Shown here piece after piece: positions 50,327 to 60,705 of a DNA stretch of 64,000 nucleotides. This stretch comes from an uncultured Chloroflexia bacterium (GTDB taxonomy: Bacteria > Chloroflexota > Limnocylindria > Limnocylindrales > CSP1-4). The stretch is taken from positions 512,001 through 576,000 of the forward strand of contig CAWFXA010000001.1 of assembly GCA_963819655.1 (NCBI GenBank), read 5' to 3'. Within the stretch, counting starts at the first letter, position 1, and every line of letters begins with the position of its first letter. Made by a program: the position numbers and the translations under genes. The notes below the pieces were generated by a model. It had not been told where the DNA came from and searched no databases. It saw only the letters and a program-made list of their open reading frames with translations.

Positions 50327-51199
50327 ATGCACACCATTCGATTGACCTTTGGCCGCGCGTGCCTGGATACGCGGTTGTCCCTGGACATCAGCCGACAGGA
50401 ACTCGCCGGGCGTGTCGGTGTCTCAGCGCGGTACATAGCCCAGATCGAGCGCGGCGAGGCGAACCCGTCCATTCGCCTGGTCGAGGCCATTGCCGACGCG
50501 CTGGGACTGGATGTACAGCTGTCGATCCGGCCTCCGATGTTCCCCGGTGGCCCGCGTGTCCAGGATGCCGTCCATGCTCGCTGCTCCTCCTATGTCGACC
50601 GACGGCTTCGTGGGCATGGCTGGGCCACCGCGCGGGAGGTCGAGATCGTCCACGGTCGATCGCACGGTTGGATCGACCTTCTCGCGTTCGATCATCGGAC
50701 GGGCACCCTGTTGATCATCGAGATCAAGACCAGGCTCGATGACCTCGGCGCGCTCGAGCGTCAGATCGGATGGTATGAGCGCATGGCCTGGCAGGCGGCG
50801 CGACCGCTCGGCTGGCGGCCGACCCGGATGGTCGCGGTCGTGTTGGCCCTCGCAAGTGACGAGGTCGAGCGGGTCTTCCGAGCCCATCGCGACCTCATGT
50901 CCATCGCATTCCCGATGCGGGCGAAGGAGATCGGCGACGTGATCCGGGATCGTGGAGCGCCGGTCGCAAGACGCGGTTTCGCGCTGATCGACCCATCGAG
51001 CCGTCGCCGTGATTGGCTGATCAAGACCTCTATCGACGGCCGGAGGTCCAGGCTCCCGTACGCCGGCTACGCTGACGCTGCTCGTCCCGCCGTGGCCAGC
51101 ATCGCGCGGGCGCCCGCCGACACGAACGAGCCTTCCGAACCCAGGCCGATGAACGTGAAGCCGAGTTCGAGCAGCGGCGGCAGGCCGGCGGCGTCGTAG
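50327..51199 (+). CDS. XRE-family HTH fused to a PD-(D/E)XK nuclease-like domain
   Basis: SRQELAGRVGVSARYIAQIERGEANPS HTH; WIDLLAF...LIIEIKT nuclease motif. The 3' end overlaps the convergent aldolase gene. Confidence 0.75.
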   Translation: MHTIRLTFGRACLDTRLSLDISRQELAGRVGVSARYIAQIERGEANPSIRLVEAIADALGLDVQLSIRPPMFPGGPRVQDAVHARCSSYVDRRLRGHGWATAREVEIVHGRSHGWIDLLAFDHRTGTLLIIEIKTRLDDLGALERQIGWYERMAWQAARPLGWRPTRMVAVVLALASDEVERVFRAHRDLMSIAFPMRAKEIGDVIRDRGAPVARRGFALIDPSSRRRDWLIKTSIDGRRSRLPYAGYADAARPAVASIARAPADTNEPSEPRPMNVKPSSSSGGRPAAS

Positions 51200-51837
51200 A
51201 TGAGGATCCCTGCGGCCTTGCCGCCGGATCGGCACGCCGCGACCACCGACCGAAGCGCATCCTGGTACGCGGGCTCGTCGAACCGGCCGGGGATGCCGAG
51301 GCTGTGCGTCAGATCGGCCGGGCCGACGAACAGCACGTCGACCTCGTCCAGCGCGGCGATGTCATCCGCGGCCGCGAGCCCGCCCGTGGACTCGATCTGG
51401 ACGATGCCCACGATCTGCTCGTTCACGACCCGTGCGATGTCGGCGTGACCGATCGTCCCCATGCGCGCGCCACGAGTCCGCAACGCAACGCCACGCTGGC
51501 CGGCAGGCGGATACCGCAGGTAGCCGACCGCCGTGCGGACCTCGTCGATCGACTGCAGCTGCGGCAGCATGATCCCGGCCGCACCCAGATCAAGGGCACG
51601 ACCGACGCGCAGCCGCTCCGATGACTGGGGCCGGACGATGGGCGCCATCGGCGTCGTGCCGACCGCGTAGAGGAGCGCCAGGAGGTCGGCCTCGGTCGCG
51701 GCGCCATGCTCGAGGTCGAGGACGATCCAGTCGAAGCCCGCCTGCCCGCACAGCTCCGCGGCGAGCGGCGACGCCAGGTCCGAGAACACGCCGATCAGCG
51801 TCTCACCGGCTCGGATCCGGGCTCGAAGGTCGGCCAT
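51067..51837 (-). CDS. HpcH/HpaI aldolase family protein
   Basis: FDWIVLDLEHG, RALDLGA, YPPAGQRG, QIES and FVGPADL motifs. Confidence 0.9.
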   Translation of the reverse strand: MADLRARIRAGETLIGVFSDLASPLAAELCGQAGFDWIVLDLEHGAATEADLLALLYAVGTTPMAPIVRPQSSERLRVGRALDLGAAGIMLPQLQSIDEVRTAVGYLRYPPAGQRGVALRTRGARMGTIGHADIARVVNEQIVGIVQIESTGGLAAADDIAALDEVDVLFVGPADLTHSLGIPGRFDEPAYQDALRSVVAACRSGGKAAGILIYDAAGLPPLLELGFTFIGLGSEGSFVSAGARAMLATAGRAASA

Positions 51838-51900
51838 GCCGAGATGATGGCGGGTCCGGCGGGCCGGCGTGGCCCGACGAGGCACTCGCCTGACGATCGG

Positions 51901-52920
51901 TCAGCCGTTGACGAAGCCGGTCGTGTCGACGACCTCGAGGTCGCTGCCGGTGATCTCGTCGAGCTCGTGGAGGACGTCGTCGTCGAAGCGCGAGTCGCTC
52001 ATGCCGCTGACGTACCAGTCGGAGCCGTTGTCGGCGAGGATCATGCCGTACTGCTTGAGCGCGACGGCGATGACCCGGGCATGCGCTGAGAGCCCGGTCA
52101 CGTCGTACGACGCCTTGAGTCGCACGCGCAGGCCCATCGGCGGCGCGGATGTGGAGTCCGTCGACCCGGCCTGGTGTCGAGCGGGGTAGATATAGGCGCG
52201 TCTCGTCGGCACGGTCGTGAAGCGGAGCGCGTGGCGGATCGCGCCCGCCGCCACCTCGTCGTAGCGCACGAGCCCGGGCAGGATCGGGAGCCCGGCCGCA
52301 TCGGCGCTCGTCCAGCCGGGCGGCCGCAACGCATCCGAGCGCAGGTCCCACGTCGCGCCGCTGCCGGCGGTCCACTGGCCGTTGGTCCGCCGCGCCGCGA
52401 ACAGCTCGTACAGCCGGCAGGCGTCCTTGTCGACCATGAGGATGTGGCGATCGCCCGTCGCGGCACTGGGATCCTGATCGCCCTCGATCAGCGGGTCGGC
52501 CGGGATCGGGTAACCGACCTGGTCGGACTCGCCGGGCCATTGGAAGGTGACCGTCGAACGCGGGGTCGACGCGGTCACGATCTGGTACGGGATGCCGTAC
52601 TCGGACGGCGATCCGAAGTCCATGTGCAGACCGGTATCGAGCCCGACGTAACCGAGCAGCGTGGACGAGTTCACCGCTACGGGCCGGTCGTCGATGCGGC
52701 GATTCCAGACGTTCGTCGAGGGGAAGACCGTGCAGCCTGGCGCCCCGGGCAGGGTCGGCGCCGGCGGGACCGGCCGGCGCGGGTTGGTCCTGACGTCGAT
52801 CGGTCGCGGTTTCGGGGAGGATGTCGGCCGCGGTGTCCAGGCTGCCGCATCCCCGGCCGGGAGCGCGGCGGCGAGCGCCGCGCACACCGCGACGATCAGG
52901 GCACGTCGACGAGGGGTCAT
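51901..52920 (-). CDS. secreted protein of unknown function
   Basis: RRR plus hydrophobic signal; GDRH, WTSADAAGLPILPGLVRYDEV, HALRFT and YGMILADNGS segments look like a conserved globular domain. Confidence 0.75.
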   Translation of the reverse strand: MTPRRRALIVAVCAALAAALPAGDAAAWTPRPTSSPKPRPIDVRTNPRRPVPPAPTLPGAPGCTVFPSTNVWNRRIDDRPVAVNSSTLLGYVGLDTGLHMDFGSPSEYGIPYQIVTASTPRSTVTFQWPGESDQVGYPIPADPLIEGDQDPSAATGDRHILMVDKDACRLYELFAARRTNGQWTAGSGATWDLRSDALRPPGWTSADAAGLPILPGLVRYDEVAAGAIRHALRFTTVPTRRAYIYPARHQAGSTDSTSAPPMGLRVRLKASYDVTGLSAHARVIAVALKQYGMILADNGSDWYVSGMSDSRFDDDVLHELDEITGSDLEVVDTTGFVNG

Positions 52921-53097
52921 GACCGCAGTGTCGGTCGCCCCGGCGCCGACGGGACCTCACCCACTCGTCAGCTACCGATACTCCGCTGGTCCGGTTCCGG
53001 CAGGCACCAGCCGTGGCTGGCAATTCTTGAACGGTCGGCCGGACGGCAGCGTCGTAGGGTGCAGGTGACCAGATCGGTCGCCGACGGAGGATCCCAC

Positions 53098-53202
53098 GTG
53101 GATCGAGCTCTCGTCGAGGCAGCCCAGCGCGGCGATCACGACGCCTTCGAGGCACTCGCGATCGGTTCGGGCGACCGGCCGTTCGCGATCGCCCGGTCCT
53201 GA
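53098..53202 (+). pseudogene. truncated ECF sigma factor N-terminal remnant
   Basis: GGAGG SD plus GTG, VDRALVEAAQRGDHDAFEALAIGSGDRPFAIARS*. This resembles the ECF N-terminus (Lv..a..GD..AF..L) and stops after 34 aa, just before the convergent hmgA end. Confidence 0.6.
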
Positions 53203-53217
53203 CGACCGGGACCTAAC

Positions 53218-54441
53218 TCAATCCGGGAATGCCTCCGGGCCGCGCTCCGCGAGCTCGGAGGCTTCCTTCACGTGGTCGTCTGACGGAAGCCAGCTGAACG
53301 GGTAGTTCGCATCGTCAAGGTCCATCGCCGCCTGCGTGACGTGCAACGGATGGAACGTGTCGACCATGACCGCCAGCTCCTCGGTCGCCTCCTTGCCGAT
53401 CGACGCCTCGACCGTGCCGGGGTGTGGTCCGTGCGGGATCCCGGCCGGATGCAGCGTGAACGACGCGATCTCCACGCCGCGGCGGCTCATGAAATTGCCG
53501 GCGACGTAGTAGATGACCTCGTCCGAGTTGATGTTGGAGTGGTTGTACGGCGCCGGGATCGCCAGCGGGTGATAGTCGAACTTGCGTGGCACGAAGGAGC
53601 AGACGACGAAGTTCCGCGCCTGGAACGTCTGGTGGACCGGCGGCGGCTGGTGGACCCGCCCGGTGATCGGCTGGAAGTCGCCGATGTTGAAGCGGAACGG
53701 CCACAGGTAGCCATCCCAGCCGACCAGGTCGAAGGGGTGGTGGCGGTAGTGGTACGCCGTGATCCGGTCGGTCGATCGGACATGGATGACGAAGTCGCCC
53801 CCGTCCTCGCTCGGTGCGACCTCGTCGGGGGCATGGAGGTCACGCTGGGAGTACGGCGCGTGCTCGAGCAATTGGCCGTAGTCGTTGCGATATCGCTTGG
53901 GAGGCTCGATCTCCGACGGGGCCTCGAGATACAGGATGCGCTGGGTCGAGCCCGCGTCCGGGTCCAGCCGCCACGTCGTCCCGATCGGCAGGACGAGGTA
54001 ATCGCCCGGCCCGTAGCGCAGCGGCCCGAAGATCGTGTCGCACACGCCCGACCCCTCGTGGACGAACAGCATCTCGTCGGCGATGCCGTTGCGGTAGAAG
54101 ACGCCCGCCGGCATCGACTGCGCCGGGCGAACGACCCCGAACACGACGTCGTGATTGAAGTAGAGCGGGATGCGGCCCGTGATCACGTCGCCCGCCGGTT
54201 CGACGCCGCCGGTCTTCGTCAGTCGATGCCGGTGCAGGCCGTCATCGGCGGGCTCGAGTCGGATCCGATCGCCGGGCTCGATGCGATGCGTCCGCGTTGG
54301 TGGCGTGAGGTGATAGAGCAGAGAGCTGCGACCCGTGAAGCCCTCGACTCCGAACAGCTCCTCGGCGTAGAGGGCGCCATCCGCCGCTCGATGCTGGGTG
54401 TGCCGCTGGCGAGGGACGCTGCCCCGCTGAACGTAGTACAT
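53218..54441 (-). CDS. hmgA: homogentisate 1,2-dioxygenase family protein
   Basis: WDGYLWP, HQPPPVHQTF, PYNHSNINSDEVIYY and PHGPHPG motifs; GAGGAGG upstream. Confidence 0.88.
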   Translation of the reverse strand: MYYVQRGSVPRQRHTQHRAADGALYAEELFGVEGFTGRSSLLYHLTPPTRTHRIEPGDRIRLEPADDGLHRHRLTKTGGVEPAGDVITGRIPLYFNHDVVFGVVRPAQSMPAGVFYRNGIADEMLFVHEGSGVCDTIFGPLRYGPGDYLVLPIGTTWRLDPDAGSTQRILYLEAPSEIEPPKRYRNDYGQLLEHAPYSQRDLHAPDEVAPSEDGGDFVIHVRSTDRITAYHYRHHPFDLVGWDGYLWPFRFNIGDFQPITGRVHQPPPVHQTFQARNFVVCSFVPRKFDYHPLAIPAPYNHSNINSDEVIYYVAGNFMSRRGVEIASFTLHPAGIPHGPHPGTVEASIGKEATEELAVMVDTFHPLHVTQAAMDLDDANYPFSWLPSDDHVKEASELAERGPEAFPD

Positions 54442-54702
54442 GGAGCGACTGGCCTCCTCGGCTGACAAGGCCAGTCTAGTGGCGGGCGCAGCCTACGGAG
54501 CGGGCGCGCGGAGCCGAGGCGGCGCGCGACGGCCGCACATCGGGCCTAAAGGCCACCGACCCCACCCTCCCGGAAATAAAGGTCGCCGCCCCCCAAAGAT
54601 CGGTCAGTCTCCAGATGGCGAGCGGAGCGCCGCCTCGTACGGTGATGACATCGCAAAAGGAACGCCATCAAATGGGATGGCAGGACCAGAAAGGAACCCG
54701 CG

Positions 54703-54885
54703 ATGCTCGCCGACTTCGAAACCAGGTTCGAACAGCACAACACCACGATCCGCCGAGCCGAGGCGAATTACGACCTGATGACAGCCTTGACGTCCGGGCA
54801 GCCCGCCCGAACCGTCGACCAGCCGAAGAAGAGGCTGCTGTCGGCCCTTCTGCGGCGGATCGCCGGGACGCCCGCGACGGCGTGA
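54703..54885 (+). CDS. 60-aa hypothetical small protein upstream of the LuxR-AAA regulator
   Basis: GAAAGGA SD; helical sequence ending RRIAGTPATA. Confidence 0.6.
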   Translation: MLADFETRFEQHNTTIRRAEANYDLMTALTSGQPARTVDQPKKRLLSALLRRIAGTPATA

Positions 54886-54932
54886 CGATCGTCCGGCCAC
54901 GGCCAGCAGGCCCGGCCCCGTACCATGCGTCC

Positions 54933-57900
54933 GTGGCCACGCGCGTCGCGAGCCCTGACTTCATCGGACGAAAGCGAGAGCTCGGCGCTCTGAGCGACGC
55001 GCTCGTCCGCGGGCGCGCGGGTGACGCCGTCGTCGTGCTCGTGGGCGGGGATGCGGGCATCGGCAAGACGCGGCTCGTGGCCGAAGCCGCCGGTGTGGCT
55101 CGCGAAAGCGGATCCCTCGTGCTCGAGGGTGGCTGCGTGTCGCTCGGCAGCGGCGAGGGGCTGCCGTTCGGCCCGATCGTCGAGGCGCTTCGGCGTTTGC
55201 CCGAACTGATCGCAGCGGGTAGGGCCGGATCGATCACCGACATCGCCGATCTGCGTTCGACCGAGACCAGCGACCTCGGTCGACTCATGCCCGAACTCGG
55301 GACAGGATCGATGCCCGAATCGGGCATGTTCGACCGTCCGGACTGGGTGCAGGCCAGGATCTTCGAGGGGATGCTTGCTCTGCTGCGATCTCTCGGCGAG
55401 CAGCTCCCGGTCGTCCTCATCGTCGAGGACCTGCACTGGTCGGACAGCTCGACCCGCGACCTCCTGTCGTTCCTGGCCCGCAATGCTCGCACGGAGCGGC
55501 TGGCCATCATCGGGACGTATCGGACGGACGAGCTCCATCGCCGCCATCCCCTCAGGCCCTGGCTGGCAGAGATGGAGCGGCTCCCGCGCGTGGTGCGCAC
55601 CGAGGTGGGCCGGTTCGGACGGGCCGAGCTCGTCGCGCTGATCACGGCCATCCTGGGTCATCGGCCACCGACCGACCTGGTCGACGCGATCGCGCGGCGG
55701 GCCGAGGGGAACCCGTTCTTCGTCGAGGAGCTGCTCGCGTCCGGTGTCGGCGACACCGCCGACCGCATCCCGCCGACCCTCCGCGACGTGTTGCTGACGC
55801 GGGTCACTGCCCTGTCGGACGACGCGCAACGCATCTTGGGCGTGGCGGCGGTCGCCGGCCGGACCGTGCAACCCGCCTTGCTCGCGGACGTCGCCGGGAC
55901 AGACGAAGCCGCCATCGAAGGCCCTCTCCGCGAAGCAGTCGCGGCCCAGATCCTCACGACCGACCGATCCGCTGGCGGCGAGGCGTACCGGTTCCGTCAC
56001 GCGCTCCTCGCCGAAGCGGTGTACGACGATCTGCTCCCCAATGAGCGCCGACGCCTGCATGCCGCGTACGCGTCGGTCCTGGACGCGCAGCCGATCCCGG
56101 AGGGAGCCGAGGGCGCCAGCCAGCTGGCCGCGCTCGCCCACCACGCGACGGCCGCCCACGACCAGGTACGGGCGCTGCAGGCATGGGTCGGCGCCGCCCG
56201 CGCCGCCGCGGCGACCCACGCCTTCGGGGAGGCCGGACGAGCCTACGAGCGCGCGATCGAGTTGTGGGACGCGGTGCCTGCCGACGATCGTCCGAGTGAC
56301 ACCGACGCCCCTGCCCTGCATTTCGAGGCTGCCCTGTCCGCGATGGTCGGCGGTCGGACCGAGCGGGCGGTCGATCTGTCCCGGGCGGCGATCCTTGGAC
56401 TCGATCAGAAACGGCAACCCGAGCGGTGGGCTGCCGCCAATGAGCGCCTCGCGCGCACGCTGTGGCGATCCGGGAAGATGGACGACGGCCTGATGCTCCT
56501 GCAGTCGACGGCAAGCGCCCTCGAACAAGCCGGCCCGACGCCCGTCCGCGCGCAGGATCATGGCGGCGACCGCCGGGGCGCACATGCTGCGTGGCAACCA
56601 TCCGCGGGCGATCGCTACTGCCGGTGAGGCCATCGAGGTCGCCCGAGCGACCGGGTCCAGGATCTCGGAGGCCCATGCGCGGAACACCCTCGGCACGAGC
56701 ACGGCCCTGAGCGGCCAGTGCGCCGAAGGGACCGCCATCCTCCGCGAGGCCGTGGCCCTCACGAAAGAGGTGCAGGACGTTGACGACATGGGCCGGGCCT
56801 ATGCCAACCTCAGCTCGGTCCTGACCATCTGCGCGTCCTACGAGGAAAGCCTGGAAGTAGCGCTCGAGGGCGTCGCGTGGGCTAGGTCGGTCGGAGCGTC
56901 CGGCGGGTATGGCCGGTTCATCGCCGGCAACGCGGCAGCCGCCGCGATCGAGCTCGGTCGCTGGGATGAGGCCGACGCGATGTGCGACGACCTCCTCGCG
57001 GGTGACACGGGCGGCGTCAACCGGATCGGGACGATCAGCGTCGTCGGTCCGTTCTATGCGCGACGCGGGCGCGCGGCCGAGGCCGAGCAGCTGCTCGAGG
57101 AGGGACGTTTGCTCGTCGGGCCGCTCCAGGAGGCGCAGTTCACGGGGCCGATCTACGTCGGGCTCGTCGAGCAAGCGCTGACCGCGGGCCGACCCGAGAA
57201 GGCCGTCGCCGATGTGGCGGATGGCGTCGCGCGCATCGACCGGACCGGCGATCGCTACTACTTGAGCGAGCTCCTCGCGATGGGCGCACGCGCCGAAGCC
57301 GACCGGGCGGAGCGCGCGCGGGCGACACGCGACTCGGCTGGGGAGGCAGAGGCCGTGGCGACCGCGAGCTCGTATCGGGACAGCCTGCAGGAATGGGTGA
57401 GCGGGACGTCCGGATCCGACGCGTTCGGCGGTCAGCTGGCCGCGGACGCGGCAGCGAGTGCCGCAGAGGTCCATCGAGCCGCCGGGGCCCCGGACGTCGA
57501 GGCATGGCGCCAAGCGGTCGCGTTGGCAGACCGGACCGGCTCTGCCTGGCGAACGACATATGCCCGCTACCGCCTCGGGGAGGCGATGCTGGCCGCACGC
57601 GCCCCCCGCCGAGACGCTACCGCCGTGTTGTCAGACGCGCGCGCACGGGCGGTCGAGCTCTCGGCAGAGCCGTTGGCCGGCTGGATCGAGGGGCTGGCCC
57701 GGCGGTCGCGCGTATCGATCACCGCAGCGGACGACACCGCAGACGATGGACCATCTGAGCCGACCGGTTCCGACGCGCTCGGCCTGACCGCCCGCGAGCG
57801 TGAGGTCCTCGCCCTGCTCGTCGAGGGCCACACGAACCGGCGCATCGGCGAGGAGCTGTTCATCAGCGAGAGCACGGCCGGCGTCCACGTCTCGAACATC

Positions 57901-57972
57901 CTCGGCAAGCTCGGTGTGGCGACGCGAACGGAAGCGGCGACGGTGGCCGCACGGCTCGGCCTGGTCGAGTGA
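54933..57972 (+). CDS. large ATP-binding LuxR regulator (AAA-TPR-HTH), indel near 56552
   Basis: FIGRKREL, GDAGIGKTRL, VEDLHWSD and GNPFF; C-terminal LTAREREVL...HVSNILGKLG in the next frame. Confidence 0.85.
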
Positions 57973-57978
57973 GCTCGG

Positions 57979-58494
57979 TCAGGTCCCGATCACCCGACTT
58001 CGCCGCTGCATCAGGACCACGTCACGCCAGAGGCCTGTGCCGTCGCGGCCCATCCCGCGCATGACGCCGACCCGTTCGAAGCCGCAGCGCTCATGCAGCG
58101 CGAGACTCGCTTCGTTTTCGACCATGACCCCCGCGAGGAGGGTCCAGAAGCCGGCCGCCTCCGAAGCCGGAACGAGCGCCTCGAGCAGCGCCCGGCCGAC
58201 GCCGCGACCGCGCTGGCCCGCGGCGACATAGACGCTCTCCCAGGCGACCCCGCTGTAGACGCGACGACCCGAATAGGCCGTCAGCGCGACCCAGCCGACC
58301 GCCGGGCCCCCGCGAACGGTCCGCGCGACCAGCCTGCAGTCCCGCCGATGCGACCGGTCGAAATGATCCCAGTCGGGGGCATCGCGCTCGAGGGTCGCGT
58401 CGCCCGTGGCGATGCCCTCGGCGTAGATACGATGGACGGCAGGCCAGTCGGCCGGAGCCATCGGGTCGATGCGGACGGCGTGACGGCGAGCCAC
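57979..58494 (-). CDS. GNAT N-acetyltransferase (phosphinothricin acetyltransferase-like)
   Basis: [23 protein letters not shown] and [11 protein letters not shown] motifs. Confidence 0.85.
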   Translation of the reverse strand: MARRHAVRIDPMAPADWPAVHRIYAEGIATGDATLERDAPDWDHFDRSHRRDCRLVARTVRGGPAVGWVALTAYSGRRVYSGVAWESVYVAAGQRGRGVGRALLEALVPASEAAGFWTLLAGVMVENEASLALHERCGFERVGVMRGMGRDGTGLWRDVVLMQRRSRVIGT

Positions 58495-58566
58495 GATCGA
58501 ATCATCCCACGCGCCCAGCCCGCGACGTTGCCGGGCCAAGCGCTCGACGTGCCGCTGTCGTCCAGC

Positions 58567-59379
58567 CTATCGCACGGTCTCGTCGCGCTGGGTGCCGGGA
58601 TCCTGTCCCGACGTGCCCGGTCCCTCGACACGGGTCGGGGAGTCGTCTGCGGGCCCGTCCTCCGCACCCGTTTGGTGGGCGTCACCCTCCCCGGTGTCCT
58701 CCACGAGGGTGGCGAGGTCGTCATCCGGACCGACCGCGGGTGTTGGTGCTGACGGCCCTGACGTATCGGTCGGCGGCGGCGCGCCGGTGCCCGGTCCGCC
58801 TCCCTGGTTTCGCAATGCCCAGATCGCAAGAGCTGCTGCTGCGACCAACAGGATCACGATCAGCAGGATCGGCAGGCTGTCATCGCTGGCCGGCGAGGGC
58901 GTCGGCGCTGCGGAAGGTTCAGGTGTGGGCGCCGCGGTCGGCGAGGGACTGGGTGTTGGAGTCGGCTCCGGGGTCGGTGTCGGAGTCGGCTCGGGTGTGG
59001 GCTCCGGGGTCGGTGTTGGAGTCGGCTCTGGGGTGGGCTCGGGCGTCGGCGTCGGCTCCGGGGTAGGCGTCGGCTCCGGGGTCGGCGTCGGAGTCGGCTC
59101 GGGTGTGGGCTCCGGTGTCGCTTCCGGTGTGGGCTCGGGTGTCGCTTCTGGTGTGGGCTCCGGTGTGGGTCGGTCGGAGCGTTCCGGCAACGTGGGCACT
59201 GGCGGCAGCGATGGCAGGCCCGACGGCAGCGTTGGCAGGCCCGACGGCACGGGCACACCATCGCATGCTGCGGCGACGAGGCCGACGCACGCGAGCACAA
59301 AGACGATCGCCGCTTGCGCGGCGTGCAAGCGACGTCGCCTGGGCGGCCGCCCCAGCGGCAGATGTCGAGGGCTATCCAT
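58567..59379 (-). CDS. Pro/Thr-rich (PEPT repeat) membrane-anchored lipoprotein-like protein
   Basis: VAAAC lipobox-like motif, long (TPEP)n stalk, TM helix and acidic tail. Confidence 0.65.
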   Translation of the reverse strand: MDSPRHLPLGRPPRRRRLHAAQAAIVFVLACVGLVAAACDGVPVPSGLPTLPSGLPSLPPVPTLPERSDRPTPEPTPEATPEPTPEATPEPTPEPTPTPTPEPTPTPEPTPTPEPTPEPTPTPTPEPTPEPTPTPTPEPTPTPSPSPTAAPTPEPSAAPTPSPASDDSLPILLIVILLVAAAALAIWALRNQGGGPGTGAPPPTDTSGPSAPTPAVGPDDDLATLVEDTGEGDAHQTGAEDGPADDSPTRVEGPGTSGQDPGTQRDETVR

Positions 59380-59462
59380 CGGCGAAGGGAACTCCGAACC
59401 GGACCGCTTTGCGATCGGCCTGACCAGTCAGTCGATCAGGCGCCGCGGCGGGTCGACCGCGG

Positions 59463-59756
59463 TCAAGCCAGCAGCTTCGCCTTCGCCGCAGCGAACTCCT
59501 CGTCGGTGAGGACGCCGGCCGCCTTGAGCGACCCGAGCTTCTCGAGCTCGGCGGTCAAGTCCATTGCCGGGGCTGCCTGCGGAGGCGCTGCAGCCATGCT
59601 CGCATCGTAGGCGGCTTGCTCCTGCGCCTGCTGCTGCTCGGCTTGGTTCGCGTACTTCTGCTCCTGATGGTGTCGGACCGCGCCCGCCGTCCCGGCCACG
59701 ACCGCGGTGGTCGCGGCCATTCGAACGAGTCCTGGGCCCCTGCGTCGTCGCATCAT
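59463..59756 (-). CDS. SHOCT domain protein
   Basis: RTAVVAGTA-like N-terminus and C-terminal [27 protein letters not shown]. Confidence 0.82.
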   Translation of the reverse strand: MMRRRRGPGLVRMAATTAVVAGTAGAVRHHQEQKYANQAEQQQAQEQAAYDASMAAAPPQAAPAMDLTAELEKLGSLKAAGVLTDEEFAAAKAKLLA

Positions 59757-59800
59757 GATGGTCGTGCTCCCGTGCTTCTCAGTCGGTCGATGGTCCCGGA

Positions 59801-60241
59801 TCAGGCTTCGGCGCCGACCGGTGTCTTCGCATAGTCGATCGCTGCCTCGACAAGGTCGCGCGGGACACGCTGAAGATCCACGACGACGCCGCCGGCGTTT
59901 CGGACGGCGTCGGAGAATTTCGTGGCCCACAGGTCCTCCCAGACCATGACGAGCGCCGACGAGTCCGGATCGAGGGCCGCCCCGATCTCCGCCATGTCGT
60001 TGTCGCTGATCAGGCCATCACGCTGGTGCGTGATCGCCTCGAAGGCCCGAAGGACTTCCGAGCCGGCGTCCTCGAGCTCGAAGCCAGCCACTTTACCGTC
60101 CCGATCCTTGAGGACGAAGGCCAGGTCGATGATCCGGATCGTGCCCGACTTGACGAGTTCCTCGAGTGCGGGCGCGATCTCACCCTTGAACTTGTTGCCG
60201 GGGAATGCCACGACCCCGTACTCCACTGGTCCGATGCCCAT
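59801..60241 (-). CDS. DUF6325/DUF1269-like protein
   Basis: MGIGPVEYGVVAFPGNKFKGEIAPAL...IRIIDL...WEDLWA; AAGGAG SD; usual partner of SHOCT proteins. Confidence 0.75.
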   Translation of the reverse strand: MGIGPVEYGVVAFPGNKFKGEIAPALEELVKSGTIRIIDLAFVLKDRDGKVAGFELEDAGSEVLRAFEAITHQRDGLISDNDMAEIGAALDPDSSALVMVWEDLWATKFSDAVRNAGGVVVDLQRVPRDLVEAAIDYAKTPVGAEA

Positions 60242-60351
60242 CGTGCTGCTCCTTCCGATCGAATCACCTTCGCTGTAGCAGGTGTGTCCTACCATGAATC
60301 TGCAGGAGGACCGTCACGGCGCATCACCCGCCCCGGGTGAAGGCCATGAGG

Positions 60352-60705
60352 TTAGTGCACTCGCTCGTCAGGCGCCGGGCCTCCGACCACCTGCTCCTCG
60401 AGCGCCGCTTCGACGTCGTATCCGATGGCAAGCCCCAGCTTCGGCGCGGCCGCGACCACGTGCGCGGTCCCAACGAGCGGTGCTGCCGCGATGAGGATCT
60501 CAACGAGCTCATCCTCGGTCGCTCCGGCCGCCAGCGCCACGCCGGCGGTGGTTTCGAAGGCGGTGCCGGGACCATCAACGGCGATCAGCACGGCAAGATC
60601 GAGCATCGCCCGCGTCTTCCTGTCGAGCGCCACGAGGGGCAGGTGCAAGACCCGTTCCGTGTCGTTCATCGACAGGCGCCGGAGCTTTTCTTCGTGCGGA
60701 CGCAC
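60352..60705 (-). CDS. carboxymuconolactone decarboxylase (AhpD-like) family protein
   Basis: LDRKTRAML..AVLIA, ALAAGATEDELVEIL and APKLGLAIGYD segments. Confidence 0.7.
   Translation of the reverse strand: MRPHEEKLRRLSMNDTERVLHLPLVALDRKTRAMLDLAVLIAVDGPGTAFETTAGVALAAGATEDELVEILIAAAPLVGTAHVVAAAPKLGLAIGYDVEAALEEQVVGGPAPDERVH

Noticed and set aside
8980-56560. Frameshifts in ilvN (~8988), GGDEF-EAL (~13228), the MarP-like protease (~16862, ~17222), the LLM oxidoreductase (~22017, ~22325) and LuxR-AAA (~56552) as programmed frameshifting or pseudogenes
   Set aside because: These are scattered single-base shifts in unrelated genes with otherwise intact motifs and no slippery sequences. Long-read indel errors are the simplest explanation; read-level confirmation is needed.
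58940-59170. Tandem GGCTCCGGGGTCGG-like repeats as a non-coding array
   Set aside because: They encode the (TPEP)n stalk of the Pro/Thr-rich protein.
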